Positions 27,342-40,937 are shown, counted from the first letter of the stretch. The stretch is 64,000 nt of DNA from Octopus vulgaris (GCA_951406725.2 OX597820.1:69316001-69380000), one strand, 5' to 3'. Notes: generated by a model from the sequence alone, not told the origin. Numbers and translations are program-made.

Positions 27342-28087
27342 TTCTCTGTAAAAATAAGATTATTATATATGCATGTAAACAAATATGTATGCATATAAAT
27401 GCATAATTATATGTTTGTGTATATACATACATATATATAACTTTGCACAATTATATATAGACGTGTATATACAAATATAAGTATGCATGCATGTTTGTAT
27501 AAATGAACATACACATCTTATTCGAGGCATACAAGGATATGGCTCTGTGTGTCTGTGTACGACGAGAGAGAGAGAGAGATAAAGAGAGAAAGAAAGACAG
27601 AGAATAAGAGAGAGAGAGATTTGAGCATAAATAGCTTCATACATGAAAATAGACATACATCCATTCATAAGTGCATACATACAAATATATGTACATACAT
27701 ACAAAGGCTGATATTAATATCGTTGCTCAATCGAAAAGATTCGGACAGGAAATGAATTGTCTCCCCTGATGCCAGTAGATTAGAGAAGGTCAGTGTACTA
27801 ACATCTATAGCATTGGCAGCTGCCAATTGTATCAGTATATACATATACATACATGTATACACACACATATATATATATATATGCAGATAGAATTGGCAAT
27901 TGTGTGTGTGTATATATATGTATATATATATTTAAGAGTGTGTATATGTATATTAATGTATATATATATATTTATACACACACATATATATACATAGATA
28001 TACATACATATACACACCCTTATATATATATACACACACACATACACACACATACAATTACCAATTGTCTCCGTATATATATAAACA

Positions 28088-28245
28088 CGACGGTCTACTT
28101 TCGGTTTCCGTCTACCGAATCCACTCACAAGGCTTTGGTCGCCCCAAGGCTTTAGTAGAAGACACTTATCCAAGGTGCCACGCAGTGGGACTGAACCCGG
28201 TACCATGTGGCTGGGAATCAAGTGTCTTACCACACAGCCACATGC
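28088..28245 (-). mobile_element. SINE family B, 5' half
   Basis: gtttccgtctaccgaatccactcacaaggctttggtcg...gtagaagacactt.tccaaggtgccacgcagtgggactgaaccc...cttaccacacagccac. Confidence 0.9.
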
Positions 28246-28312
28246 ATATACAAACATCATAATACATACATACATACAGTGGGGGTGGGGTACAAACACA
28301 CACATATATGTA

Positions 28313-28466
28313 TACATCGACCCCAGTGAACAACTGGTACCTACTCTATCGAATCCGAAGGATGAAAGACAAAGACGACTTTGAATTTCAACTCAGAACA
28401 TAATGACGCACGAAATGACACTAAGCCTATTGTCCGGCGTGCCAACGGTTCTGCCAACTCACCGCC
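28313..28466 (-). mobile_element. SINE family A, 3'-truncated copy
   Basis: catcgaccccagtg..caactggtac...aactcagaac...ccggcgtgccaacggttctgccaactcaccgcc. Confidence 0.85.
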
Positions 28467-28467
28467 T

Positions 28468-28507
<40 letters not shown>

Positions 28508-28510
28508 AAT

Positions 28511-28944
28511 TTTATGATTCAGTGCGACCATGAGAAGGTGATTAGGAAACCAAACATGGTGTTAATTTAGAAAGAAAGCAAACGATGCTGAATCATAGAT
28601 ATAGCATGCCCAGCTGACAAGGTATACGATGAGGAAGAAAGAAGAGTCGATAGATATGGCAGGTTAGCTTGGGAGCTTAAGCACTTGTGGTCGATGAAAA
28701 AAGGTGGTAGTAGTACCAATAATTGTCGGAGCCCTGAGTACAGTGTGTGAAATTCTTGAGAACTATATGGAACAAACAGGGGCCGCAATAAGGGTGGAAC
28801 ACTTGCAGAAAACAGCACTGCTTGGAACCGCTTGAATACTCCGGATGGTGCTCGAAAAATAAGGGGTGTTACTTTAGTTCACTGGTAGTGGACAGCTGAC
28901 ACCGTAGTACATCTCCAGTGACAGAAGCTGTGCAAAGACAATAG

Positions 28945-28945
<1 letters not shown>
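28511..28945 (+). mobile_element. 5'-truncated R4/Dong-clade non-LTR retrotransposon: restriction-like endonuclease C-terminus plus 3' UTR (pseudogenised)
   Basis: Translation from 28511: FMIQCDHEKVIRKPNMVLI*KESKRC*IIDIACPADKVYDEEERRVDRYGRLAWELKHLWSMKK, frameshift, VVVVPIIVGALSTV...LQKTALLGTA*ILRMVLEK*(28862). This matches the R4-type RLE pattern (RPD..IIDxAxP..KYxxL..LW..VPIVxGALG..LQKxxLLGTARILR). It ends directly in (TAA)n. Confidence 0.9.
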
Positions 28946-28997
<52 letters not shown>

Positions 28998-29080
28998 TGT
29001 TGATAATAATAATAATAATGATGATGATGTTGATAATAATAATAATAATGATGATGATGATGTTGATTATAATAATAATG

Positions 29081-29135
<55 letters not shown>

Positions 29136-29148
29136 CAACAACAACAAC

Positions 29149-29206
<58 letters not shown>

Positions 29207-29210
29207 GCAA
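28946..29210. repeat. (TAA)n tract with TGA/CAA variants
   Basis: Directly visible; abuts the 3' end of the R4/Dong-type fragment. Confidence 0.95.
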
Positions 29211-29580
29211 TAATCGGTGGAGCAATCGTGGAATTGCCCACATGTAGCTTCTGTACATGGGTGTGGCGAGATGGTTGCAGTTTGATCTGTGTGTGTGTGT
29301 GTGTAGATATAGATATATAAGCTATCACTTTCTGTTACATAGCTAGCCAATGACGTCATCACATTTAAGCATCTCACCAGTTGTTAATGATGTATTTTAT
29401 TTTTATCACGAAGTGAAACGCATTCGTGATTAGCCTTACTTGATATATCCACATGCACAGTTTTCAGCAGCAGTTGATACACGAGTTTTTCTCATGATAA
29501 ACCAATTTACGATTGCTTCTTAGCAAGACATCGTCACACACGTACGAAAATAACATGCTACAAATATTCACACACAAAAT

Positions 29581-29616
<36 letters not shown>

Positions 29617-29756
29617 CATACACACACACACAAACACACATAGTATCCCAATTATACAGGTGTGAATTAAAGAAGCAAATGTATAGACAGAAAACTGACA
29701 TGTTGCCAAAAATAATTGTCAAGATTAAATTTATTTAAATGTTTTCGTATGTATGC

Positions 29757-29792
<36 letters not shown>

Positions 29793-30759
29793 TAATGTAA
29801 TACTGCTTTTCTTTATTTGATTCTATCATTGGGGTTTTCTTTATGTTTATTTGTGTGACTGTGTCGGCGTGTGTCTCTGTCTTGTATCCGTCGCAGTATA
29901 TATATAAGTATATGTGTGCATTTATATATAGCTGTGTCTGTGTTGTTAGTCAAATGTAATTTGTCGTCTGCTTCTATTAAGCAATCAGAAATCACACCTT
30001 CAGCAAGAATTTATTCTTCCTTCTTTTACGAATTTGATTAACATTGAATCAGGCAGCATTAGTCTTTTAATATACCTTGAGTAATATTATTTAATTTATA
30101 TTATTGTTATTGTTAGAAACATAATTATTATTATTCTTTTACTGTTAATTATTCGCTTATTCATGTCTTTCGATGGTGTCATGCTGGTGGTGGTAGTTAT
30201 TGCACTATTTTTAAATCGGAAGGTCATGTTGAATGTTGGCCATCTAAAAATGCAAGAATCAATTTGTAAACACAATCAGTTTTTAATTATGTAAGTGTTG
30301 CTAACTTTTCTTTCTTTCTGTTTTTTATTTTACTTTTTTTTTGGTTGGGTGCTTCTTCTCTTTTTTATTTCATTACTTTTTTTCATTTGGTAATGTCGTG
30401 TCAGCATCAGGAAGTAAAAAAGAAATGAAACTAGTATCATAATTTGATATGATTGAAGAGCGATTACACACACACACACACACACACATTGGATATATTA
30501 TTGTTTTTTGAAGTCTTGTAGTTGTGTGGCGAAGCACATATACCACACTAAATAATTAAACCGTACTTGAGCTTAAAAAAGATAGCAATCAATTCGAATA
30601 CTTTAGGAAGTAAAATATAAAATCGTGTGGCCACAATATATAGCTTTGAAAGGACTCTGGTACTTTGGTGCAGCATTTGGCGATTGCTCATGTATACCTT
30701 TGTTCCATACAGACTTCTTATTTAAGAAATAAATACACATACGTGCAATATGTATATAT

Positions 30760-30910
30760 AGTTGGAATTTACAAAGAAAAAAGACGAAGACTGGTGTTTA
30801 AACAATAAGCAGAGGTATTAGTTTAACGCTCGGGAAGTGAGAAAGTATTTTACGTTTCGTACCTACGCTCTTCAACAGAAAAGAACACAAAAATGAGCAG
30901 AGATAGAAAA
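30760..30910 (-). mobile_element. Possible Penelope-like element terminal-repeat fragment with degenerate hammerhead core
   Basis: Minus strand reads ttttCTGTTGA-A-GAGC-gtag-GTAC-GAAAC-GTA-aaa followed by a T-rich tail; family assignment is inferred from motif layout only. Confidence 0.4.
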
Positions 30911-30925
30911 TTTAAAAAGTTTTCT

Positions 30926-31053
<128 letters not shown>

Positions 31054-31832
31054 ATAGATAGATATTAAGTTGTATCGGTATAAAATTGGCGGTTTTTAAC
31101 TTGGGTACACACTGGTATCCTGGAGAGAGCAAGATGGTATGCATGGCTACGTCAACCTTACTCAAAATAAATTGATTCTTTGCATAAATTTGCAGATTCA
31201 TGCACAAACTCTACTACTGGAGGTTTTCTATCTATCAATCTCTCTCTCTCTCTCTCCATATATATATATATATATATACATGTACGTATATAGTTCACGT
31301 TGCTGGTGATAGTTGTCAATTCAACTTTTACATTAAGTAATGGATAAAGGAAGAAACTAAAATAAGGTGGAATGAATAGATAGTGCCAACCCGCCCCGTC
31401 ACCTACACAACAATAACAACAACGGCAAGGAAACAGAAACAATACAACACCGTATTCGCTAAAAAATTATATATTTGATTATTCAGAAAATGCATTGAAG
31501 GTAATCATGTGATAGGTGTTATTGAGATATTTGGATGGTATTATATTATATTAACGTTCAATGTAACAGATTTTTTACGATATTTTGATTATTAATAAGT
31601 CATATTAGGTTTTCTTATGGTAAAAAAGGAAAATAATAAATAGAAGGAAAAAATTCATCCACGTGCTGTGATCTTCATTTTTAAAAATCTTATTTTGGAT
31701 ACTTGTGTTTGATATATGTGTTAATAGCCTGAAATCTTGAGATGATATTGTGCAGTAAGCTGATATGTAATAACTGATACATTTTCATACTGATTAGTGA
31801 CATTAATAAAATAAGTAATAATACTAATGATG

Positions 31833-31880
<48 letters not shown>

Positions 31881-32188
31881 GCTGTATGTTGAAAGGAATT
31901 CTTGGAGGTTTCGATAATTCACCTTTGGAAACATGGGTGGTTGGTTCAACATCCATAAACAATCCTTATTCAGCGGGATGGGCTACTCGATCAGAAGAAA
32001 ATTCTAACTGGACCCCACCAGCAAGGTCATGCGCTGTTTATCTTTATATGAGATCACCATGTCGCACACATATGGTTGTGATGCATGTGCCTAGTGTACC
32101 CTTATCAGACGGGTAGTCATGATGGGTATACTGGGCTTCGTATATTTTACCCCAGAGTCACTTTTATGACATGCACTGCTCTCTCACA
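31881..32188 (+). mobile_element. ~310-bp insertion inside a (TAA)n tract; probable non-LTR 3' end or non-autonomous element
   Basis: Complex, more GC-rich segment with sharp boundaries and (TAA)n on both sides in the same orientation; no recognisable protein motif. Confidence 0.55.
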
Positions 32189-32208
32189 TAATAATAATAA
32201 TAATAATA

Positions 32209-32239
<31 letters not shown>

Positions 32240-33071
32240 TAGACATTTCAGTTTTTGGTATAAAGGGAACATGATATGTACAGGAGGGCATAATAATAAT
32301 GAATGTAATGATGATGATATATTACGCCTTGATAAATTCCTTTGATTGCTAACATCTTAATCAACTAAATAAGTAATATATGCTTGGATTTCCCACCCAC
32401 CCAACATCGTCTTTATCGTCATCACAAACAACAGAAAGCAATATCATCATCATCATAAACAGTAACAAACTCAACGTCAAAGCTCCACCACTACTGTAAC
32501 CAAATTTGTGTTCTGTCGCTTTTATACGACGTATCTTGGGAGTTCGACGGACGTAATCCAAAGACTGTAATAAATTTAGATGGAATGAGTACTGGAGAAT
32601 ATATATACTTGCTTTAAAAGTTTTGAGGGCGATGCCTAAGCTAGGCTATAGTGCAATGAATTAAACCAATACAAAAAGTATTTGTTAATATCTGATAATC
32701 GGCCAAGCAGCATTCGGGAATGTTAGTAGAGTTAATGTATCAATTCCTGAATGTGATGTGCAACCTGTTTGCTCGACACGATCCATGATGAGATAACAAT
32801 CACTCACACATCAATATACTCAGAGCTGGTCGAAAGTCAGAGTCTAAAATGAGGTTATGCTTAAAACTAGTTGTAATAATATATACAGAATGTTCCTCAT
32901 GACTCGACTTTTGCTCTACAATAAGCGAGAGCGAATCAACGCCTGACGATAGCAATATCCTGAAACTTGAGTCACCAGAAAGAATTCAGTTCCTGTAGAC
33001 TATATATGTTAGGGCGTGTACTGAGTTCTCCTTTCAAATTGCCTTTGTAAAAGTTAACGTTTGAATACACT

Positions 33072-33114
<43 letters not shown>

Positions 33115-33195
33115 CATGGGTGGGAGCGTGTGTAAGTCTGTGTGTATGTATGCGTATGTGTATGTGTGTATATATACATTCATATATATATATAT

Positions 33196-33240
<45 letters not shown>

Positions 33241-33869
33241 GGGAGAGAGAGACAGCTCCTTTGATCCGTGTAAACACAATGTTCCTCTGCTGAAGTGAAG
33301 TGGTTCAGCATCAACATGCATTTGATGCACTCACTGAAGAGGATACAGATACCCACATCGGGTGAAACGTACGTTGGAAACAAATAACATAAGCTACATT
33401 TTGTGCTTATCGTTTATCGTCATTTCTGATGCATACATACATAATCCATACACACACACACACACAAATACAGACACACACACAAATACACACACATGCA
33501 GACGCACACACATCAGGCTTCTGGAATGCCGAATCATACACACTTTATACATACATACATACATACTAACATATATACATATATACATACATACATACAT
33601 ACATACATACATACATACATACATACATACATACATACATACATACATACATACACACACACATATTACTACAATTCTTGCATACAGATTTCTATTTAAA
33701 TCATATCTAGGCCTAAAATACGTGACCCTTTTACGATTTATGATAATGCTTATTATGCGAGTTCGATTTTGTCCGTTATTTTGTAAAAAAAAGTAAACAA
33801 TAAATAACAAAGCACGTTTTTCTTCTCACAGAAAGCCTTCCATTGTAATATCATTGTGATATCAGCAAA

Positions 33870-34145
<276 letters not shown>

Positions 34146-34258
34146 GTTCAATAAATTCATTGACCTAATTTCAAAATTCGATATTCCAGTGACTATCATT
34201 TCATTCATTTTGGGGTTTAGGCTTGCTAATTCAACAAGTAAAGATTATAATCCTTTAT

Positions 34259-34316
<58 letters not shown>

Positions 34317-34651
34317 GTATGTATATATATATATTATATATTAATTCTGTCTATTCATCCATAGTGTGTTTGTATGCTCGTGTTGAAGCATACGATTACC
34401 TCAAACGCACATACTCAAAACATATCCTTCTTTATTATTGACAATGAATGTGATTCAAAAATGCTTGGATATTTTAGTAAACTCATGGTTTTAATGCGTT
34501 TTACCATTCTGTTGCAGTAAACTGCAATGCAAGCATTAATTTCTGCTTTCAAATATTGTAATAGGTTAGTGTACATATATATATGTATATATATATATAA
34601 TATGTGTACGTAACTTTTAAATAGCTGTTGATGTACTATATTATTCAGTGC

Positions 34652-34765
34652 GTCTCATCCTTTCGGGGTCTATAAATTAAGTAACAGGTATGTACTGGGG
34701 TCGATCTGATCTCCTAGCATCCTCCCCCCAAATGTTGGGCCTTGTGCCTAGAGTAGAAAAGATTC
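34652..34765 (+). mobile_element. SINE family A, 3' part with alternative tail
   Basis: tcatcctttcggggtctataaattaagta.cag...tactggggtcgat core followed by ggccttgtgcctagagtagaaaaga. Confidence 0.8.
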
Positions 34766-35190
34766 TTTAGTACGTCCTGGATAAAAACAATAGAAAATCG
34801 CTGCTGTTCATTTTCACCGACATCTTTGTCCCTATAACTATCCGTCTGATGCCCCTCTCGCCCACTTCATTGACACTCCTCTCCGAATTCATATGCACGC
34901 GTGAGTTTGTTTTTAACAGTTGACATAACTATTTATTGTATTTATATAGATGAAATGAATATAGTCAATTATCAGATAGCTGGAACAGACCGTCCATAAC
35001 ATGATCTATCAATGAATACTTTGCTTTCCCTTTAAACCAGATAGTTTAGAACAGCAGCAACAGAAAGGGGGAATTTTATTGGTGACAATCGAAGTAGCAG
35101 TTCAAATTTTTATGCATTGTTCTACAAATAACAAAGACTAACTGGGCTCCAAATATCCACCACCACCACCACCACCACCACCCTCTAATG

Positions 35191-35444
35191 CAGTGGTTCG
35201 CAGCCATTTTTTGCGTATGGACTCCTCTAATTTTTTTTTTACTCTAATAGACATCATGGCCATTTGATGTTTAAAAAATTTCTACTACTGTTTATAATTA
35301 AATATTATAAGGAATTATGAAAACGATTTGTTAAAATATTTTGTGTATTATAGACTCATAATCGATTTATGGCACATACATCTTAAACAACAAAACCTAA
35401 TATGAATCCCAGAAGGTCATTTGAACCCATGTTGAAAACCGGTG
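35191..35444. mobile_element. hAT/Charlie-type MITE, 254 bp, old
   Basis: Termini cagtggttcgcagcc and tgttgaaaaccggtg resemble CAGTGGTTCTCAACC/GGTTGAGAACCACTG TIRs; 8-bp flanks ctctaatg and atctaata (6/8 identical) fit the NTCTARAN-like Charlie target. Confidence 0.7.
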
Positions 35445-35829
35445 ATCTAATATCTGTTTTCAGCATGTTGAGCCATCGATCAAAGTCTTGGTTGTTTCCA
35501 AATGCTTTTATTAAGCTCATCGCATGTTAATCTTGTTTAAATTTTTGCTACTATCCACCGTCATAATTGTTACTGTTACTCTTCCTCTTCTCCATTCCTT
35601 TTTGCCCTCCGTTAACCGAGTGTAAGGCATTTTCTTTAAAGAATGTTCAAATTATACACTTTGATAATCTTTAGACAAATTTTCTTAGTTTTGTTTTCCA
35701 GTTCATTGTAAGTAATTACTAGTTTTATCTTCCGTCCATGATATTCTCATAATCTCATGTTCTTTCTCATAATCTTACAAATGCTATGGTATCAAGTGAA
35801 AAACATTATTATTGAATTAATATATTCTT

Positions 35830-36255
35830 TTATTTTTTCATATGTTTCATTCATCCATGTTGGAGTAGCGACTTTAGTCGAACAAATTGATCCCTGGGAC
35901 TTATTCTTTGTAATCGTAGTACTAATTATATCGGTCACTTTTGCCGAACCGCTAATTTACGAGTACACAAAATATACCAGCATGAGTTGTCAAGCGGTGG
36001 TGGGAGTAAAAACAGACACACACACATAAATATATATATGTGTGTGTGTGTGTATGGGTCTGTGTGTGTGTATGCGCGAGCGTGCGTGCGTACGACAGAC
36101 TTCTTCCAGTTTCCGCGTACCAAATCCACTTAAAAGGCTTTACTCGGCCCGAAGGTATAGTAGAAGATAACTGCCTAAGGTCCCTCGCAGTGGGACTGAA
36201 CCCAGAACCATGTGGTTGGGAATCAAGCTTCTTACCACACGTCCATGCTTGCGCC
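35830..36255 (-). mobile_element. SINE family B, full length
   Basis: ctttagtcgaacaaattgatccctgggacttattctttgtaa...ttttgccgaaccgctaa...(TG)n...gcagtgggactgaacccagaaccatgtggttggg...cttaccacac. Confidence 0.88.
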
Positions 36256-36280
36256 ATCTATGTATATATATACGTATGTG

Positions 36281-36327
<47 letters not shown>

Positions 36328-36612
36328 GTGTTGTTTATGCACGTGTATGAAGAAGTTTGTGTACATGTGTGTTTGTTTTAGCTAAATGTTAGCTTACTCT
36401 AATATCTGCAAAATTAATACCTGGATATTTTTATAAAATGGCTTTGTTTTATCTCTAGGTGCATTCATTCTTAATGCGTCTCGCTTTTTTTCCTTCCATA
36501 TCATTGTTATATGGTATTATCTGATAATAATTACAAAACTACAATGTCATGTTCCCTTTAAAGAAACATATTTAAACTGCAGATCATAATGAAGAGGATG
36601 ATGATGATGACG

Positions 36613-36643
<31 letters not shown>

Positions 36644-36907
36644 AGATGACGAAGACGATGATGTTATGTTACAGAAACGAAATGACATATTGGTCGAGCT
36701 ATATATTTTTCTTAACCGCGCTTGATTTTTTTTTCTTTTTTGCTTTTCATATTTGCTGCTATGCTTATAAGGTATATTTCTATTCAACAATGGGTCAGCA
36801 GTATTTCCATATTCATTTTTATTTCCAATAATTTTGGAGGAATTCATTTAGTATATCAGTAATAGGAAATAATATTTCAGCGGTGACATATCACGAATGT
36901 ATATATA

Positions 36908-36959
<52 letters not shown>

Positions 36960-36966
36960 TGCATGT

Positions 36967-37006
<40 letters not shown>

Positions 37007-37175
37007 GTCACGTTGGCTTCCATTTTTGTTGGCTGCTTAAGTAACACATGATTTTCTTCCAAATTTATCATATGCTTTCACCTATCTTTTTCACATCAGC
37101 TACAACAGCAGTATATATATTTATATATATATATATATATATATATTTGTATATGTGTGTGTGTGTATTTGTAGA

Positions 37176-37228
<53 letters not shown>

Positions 37229-37477
37229 ACATATAGGAGTATATATAGTGTATACCTTTATGTGTATGTGTGTGTGTGTATGTCTCGTTTGTTCATTTTC
37301 TCCTACTCCTTCTTTCTTGTCAGCAGCATTATCTACATCTTCATAATAGCTGGAACTTATTTTCCACTGAATATCCATTTGCTCAACCTTCCTTTATCCT
37401 ATTGTCTGGTTGTTTTTTTATAATGTGAGTCTGTTTCATCAGTTTATCATTCTATCTTTTAACCTGACGGTCAATGA

Positions 37478-37578
<101 letters not shown>

Positions 37579-37581
37579 TAG

Positions 37582-37620
<39 letters not shown>

Positions 37621-37621
<1 letters not shown>

Positions 37622-37689
37622 TGAGAATCGAAACCACGACCTACGACCGCGAGTCAGCTGCCCTAAATATTGGGCCATTGCGCCTCCAC
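37621..37689 (-). mobile_element. tRNA-like SINE head, family C-related
   Basis: Reverse complement gtggaggcgcaatggccc...tagggcagc.gactcgcggtcgtaggtcgtggtttcgattctc shares its start and B box with the 48359 copy. Confidence 0.65.
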
Positions 37690-38025
37690 AGTTATATATG
37701 TAAGGCTGATTTCTACCATGTGTTATTTCCTTAGCTTAGGTAGAAAGTATAGTGTTCGATTTGTTGGAAATACAGTGCCAATTTATAATCTAATTCTAGT
37801 AAAATCAGTGATCAACTGGAGGATCACTTATTGTGATAGATTCCAATGCTGTTGATGCAGGTTCCAGCGGTGTTTGTAATAGTGACAAGGGAGATCAGAA
37901 TATTTATTAGTCTTTCTTCATATAGTGTTTGCAAATTTACTAATAATTGAGATATTGAAACATAGTCTAAGTACACACAAACACACACACACTAATATAT
38001 ATATATACATATATATGTATGTATG

Positions 38026-38082
<57 letters not shown>

Positions 38083-38091
38083 CTCTCTCTA

Positions 38092-38138
<47 letters not shown>

Positions 38139-38304
38139 CCGTCACTTGTTAACTGGGTGTTTGATATCATATGATACCTTACTTGGGCTTAATGATAACA
38201 TAGTTGCCAGAGAATGAATGCATAAGTACACACAATTATATACATGCATAGAAGCCAGACTTTCTCTCTATCTCTATCTCCCTCTCTTACACACGCCTAT
38301 ATAT

Positions 38305-38364
<60 letters not shown>

Positions 38365-39106
38365 GTATATATGGGTATTCATATATATATATGTAAGTAT
38401 ATATATGTGTGTGTATATATATATACATGGAGAGACAGAGAGAGAGAGAGAGAGAGAGAAGGAGAGAGACGGATAGATGGATAGATTCACAGACAAACAG
38501 ACATACGTACATATATGTACAATGTGCAAATCTTGCAGAGGAATTTTGCCTTGCATGCTATTCGTATTCACCAAATCATGAGGTTCGAATGTGTATGAAT
38601 TGAGTAAAAGGTTTATTGATAAATCAATATTAGAAATCGGGCGACTTGTTAACTTAGAACTTAGACCATGCTTGTATATAATCAATGAACAGTTCTGTGC
38701 AAAACGCTGATTTCCACCTAAATCAATGAGAAATATTCTTCTACGTCTGACATATACGTACGTGAATAGAATGGAATAGAATAGATTTTCGAAAACATTT
38801 TACTTAAATCTTCACCTCCTCAATATTAAAAAAAAATTAATGTAGAAAAACCCGAAAATGTATGATTCAATGCAGTACATGTTCTGTCTGGCTTCTGTAT
38901 ATGGATGAATACGTACATATATATGTGTATATACCTCTCTCTCTCTCATACACACAGGCACACAATCTAGTTTTCTAGCTCTATACACATAATAATTATT
39001 GGCCTTTTACGTTAAGTTATATATAAGTGCAAATTAAGATTAAACTGAGAATTCTTCAATAGTTTTCAATAGAGTACATGATTATTAAACTTTTTTAAAA
39101 AGTGAG

Positions 39107-39186
39107 GTGACAGCTATTTCGGTGTTTCAGCTTTCGTTAGACTGTCTGACGAAGGGTAACAGGTCGAAACCTGGACGTCACGATCA
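39107..39186. ncRNA. Two degenerate minimal type I hammerhead motifs, back to back on opposite strands
   Basis: Plus: gactgt-CTGACGA-agggtaacaggtc-GAAAC-ctggac-GTC-acgatc. Minus: gt-CTAACGA-aagctgaaacacc-GAAAT-AGCT-GTC-ac. Stem II is imperfect in both. Confidence 0.5.
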
Positions 39187-39315
39187 TCCCTCCCTTGGTA
39201 AGAGATTATATATGCAATATATATGTATGCATGTATGTATGTATATATGTATCTACATAAGATTGATTGTTATGGCTGGTCAGAGAGCGACCATTGGTTT
39301 CGTACATATAAAGCA

Positions 39316-39354
<39 letters not shown>

Positions 39355-39426
39355 AACAGGTGAGTCTAACAAAAATCAGTTTGTATCGTCCAGAAACAGG
39401 CCAGGTACCGGCTATCAGGAATATAA

Positions 39427-39485
<59 letters not shown>

Positions 39486-39738
39486 TATACACGCTCAGAA
39501 AGATGCGCATATATATACATATATATGAAGGTATCCTTTTACTTTTTTTACATACAAACACACAAGAGTTAAATGATCTCAATTAAATACATGTGAACAT
39601 ACTCAATGAATAAATATATATTATAATTTTCTAGTTAAGAAATAAAATGGGAGGAATTAAATACATTATACACCACATGAAAGGAAATTACATAGATTAT
39701 GAATATTAATTTAACAATATACATATATACGTTATACA

Positions 39739-39778
<40 letters not shown>

Positions 39779-40896
39779 CGTATATATATATATACATATA
39801 TATACTAACGTACATATATATAAATTTACACACACATGCACGCACACACCTATATAAATATTTATATACAAGCACACACTTTTTTGTGTGCGTACGTGTG
39901 TGATCCGGTGCATTTACACACTGTCAAGAATTTAATTATAAAATATCATTATCATTACCATGCATTTGTCATGCATTATGATATACAGATTGTTATCGGA
40001 ATTCTCCTTACATATTTGGAACTGCTACAAAACACACGTGGAAACCGTATGTGATGCGAATGATAAAGTCGATGGTGATGTTGGTGAATGAAGTGCTTGT
40101 AGTAGTGGTGGGTGTGCAGTTGTTGTTGTTGTAGTTGGTGGTGATGATCACGATGATGATGATGACGATACCGATGACGATGATTTGTTGGTAAAACATG
40201 TTATGTATGCATATTGATAGTTATATATCAATATACACAGAAATATGTGATACACATCTTATTATCTAAATTGATAATTTTCTTCAACTCATGAGTTTGT
40301 TCAGAAAAATTATATTTGAAAGGCGTAATATATCTCATCCAAGTAATATTTATCTACATACATACATATATACATACATAAATTCACGCACGCGCACACA
40401 CAATCATATACGTTTATATATATATATATATAGAGAGAGAACAGCAATTTCAGTGGAGCTTGCTCAAATTGATTTCGTGTTAACATTCTACTGTCGTATA
40501 TAAATGATAAAATGAATAAAAACAGTAATAAATATAAATATATTTCTAAAAAACGTTTGTGATTCTAACGACAGTTTCATTAAATTTCAGAAATTACAAC
40601 CAGTGTTGTACAATCTCTATTGTACTATTCATATAGATGATGGTTTATTATTGTTAACCTTGTGGTGTTTTATTTGAATTTCACAATTGTATATTCACTC
40701 ATGAAAAGCATGTTCATATATAAAACGTTAAATCGTATGTCAAGATTTCTTGGTTGTTTCTCTGGCTTCTTTCTCTCTTCATGTGTTGGAAGGAGAAACC
40801 AGTGCCTCTCCTGAAAAAGGAAAAAAATGAGACTAAAGGCTTATTGTAAAGGGAAGTATGTTAGAGAAACAAACAGACCGGACATTGACTGAGTAT

Positions 40897-40937
<41 letters not shown>

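Noticed and set aside
29347-29358. CCAAT overlapping a full CRE (TGACGTCA); another CRE at 18798
   Set aside because: One or two such 8-mers are expected by chance in 64 kb and there is no adjacent transcript evidence.
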